A DNA stretch of 63,687 nt, counting the filler, from Octopus bimaculoides (taxonomy: Eukaryota), in the NCBI RefSeq assembly GCF_001194135.2. It is 6 parts of 5 records of this genome, joined end to end, with 100 filler letters (N's around TTAATTAATTAA, not from the genome) between each part and the next. Parts side by side here need not be neighbours in the genome. Positions count along the whole stretch, not along the records: positions 62,472 to 63,687 come from NW_026339109.1; 5 more parts are not named here. One strand, 5' to 3'. Shown in pieces: positions 62,521 to 63,687 of this stretch. Positions within the stretch are counted from its first letter, which is position 1, and each line of letters starts with the position of its first letter. A model generated the notes under the pieces. The model saw nothing but the letters and a program-made list of their open reading frames with translations, searched no databases and was not told the DNA's origin. The translations under genes and the position numbers were made by a program.

Positions 62521-62556
62521 CTTTCTGTGGAAGAGCGTAGGCTCGAAACGTCAAAG
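62521..62556 (+). ncRNA. Hammerhead-like motif with variant core in a Penelope-type tail
   Basis: CTTT, CTGTGGA, A, GAGC/GTAG/GCTC, GAAA, CG, TC, AAAG. Confidence 0.45.
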
Positions 62557-62650
62557 ACTTTCTCAATTCCCTAATACATCTATTTGTTTTCTACACCACC
62601 TGTCTTCGTCTGTTGTTTTTTTTGTGAATTCTCCCTCCCCCCTCTCTCTC

Positions 62651-62689
<39 letters not shown>

Positions 62690-63248
62690 CTATATGTGTT
62701 TGTGTATCTATGTATGTATATCTATGTCTATATATCTATACATGTGTGTATTTTTGACAGTGTTTGTCCAAATGCCAGGCTTAAAAAAATACTGTGCTCC
62801 AGTACAGTCGCAGTTAAATGACTGAAACAAGTAAACGGTAAAAAATAAAATACACACACACACACACACACACACATAAACTACTATCAGCAACTCCAAC
62901 ATGAATACACTTATAGAATACATGAGAATACATTCGCACACGGACTATTGTATGCGTGTGTGCGTCGTGTGCACGCGTGTGTGTATGTCTAAGTGTATAA
63001 GCTTATGTACTTTATAAGTATATAAATATATGTGGAAGTTGCTGATGGTAGCGTAGTAGTATGATATTACTTAGGAGAAATTAGGAAGCCATTTAAGTGC
63101 TGTTTTCCAGACATTGTTTACGATTAGAATTTTAAAACACAACTTGATTAATACATATCCATACACCTACACACACACACATCCACAAATACACATACAT
63201 TCTCACCTATATTTAGATATATGTATATATCTATATATATATACGTAC

Positions 63249-63302
<54 letters not shown>

Positions 63303-63652
63303 ATCTATCTATCTATACTTGTAACTAGGTATGCAAATATATATGTTATAAATATTATATGCACACGCGCACATATACATATATAATCGATGAATATGCA
63401 TGAAATAAATGACTATTTGTATGCATTTGTTTAAATGCTCTTACATCAAATATCCAGAAAATACAGGTGTGTGTAAATCTGTATATGCACACATACATAG
63501 TTGTATGTATGTATATATACATATATATATATATATGTATATATGTGTATATGTGCATATATATATATACATGTATACATATGTATATGTGCATGTAAGT
63601 GTATGCAAGTACATATATGTATACGTACACATATGCATTCATACATACGTCT

Positions 63653-63687
<35 letters not shown>

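Overview
AT-rich animal genomic DNA from a gapped draft assembly. Its repeat landscape (tRNA-derived SINE families, RTE, R4/Dong and Penelope retroelements, dense AT/AC/AAT microsatellites) most resembles an octopod cephalopod; this is an inference. No intact protein-coding gene is recognisable, and nearly all ORFs in the track are microsatellite or N-gap artefacts. Transposon relics dominate: a near full-length RTE LINE (41992-46385), two Penelope GIY-YIG fragments, R4/Dong fragments, and a nested R4/mariner/hAT/RTE/piggyBac pile (28.2-33.2 kb). The most notable signal is a set of Penelope-type type-I hammerhead ribozyme motifs. One 623-bp palindrome (26125-26747) carries a canonical hammerhead in each arm, and a minimal hammerhead lies at 37369-37414. 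Two inverted-repeat junctions (about 47990 and 49520) fall inside the hammerhead stem II. Also seen: a frameshifted, SINE-truncated semaphorin-like exon (54331-54464), a possible HDV-like ribozyme relic at the RTE 5' end, and five artificial TTAATTAATTAA six-frame-stop linkers inside 100-bp gaps. All family assignments were made by eye from motif recognition, without database searches.
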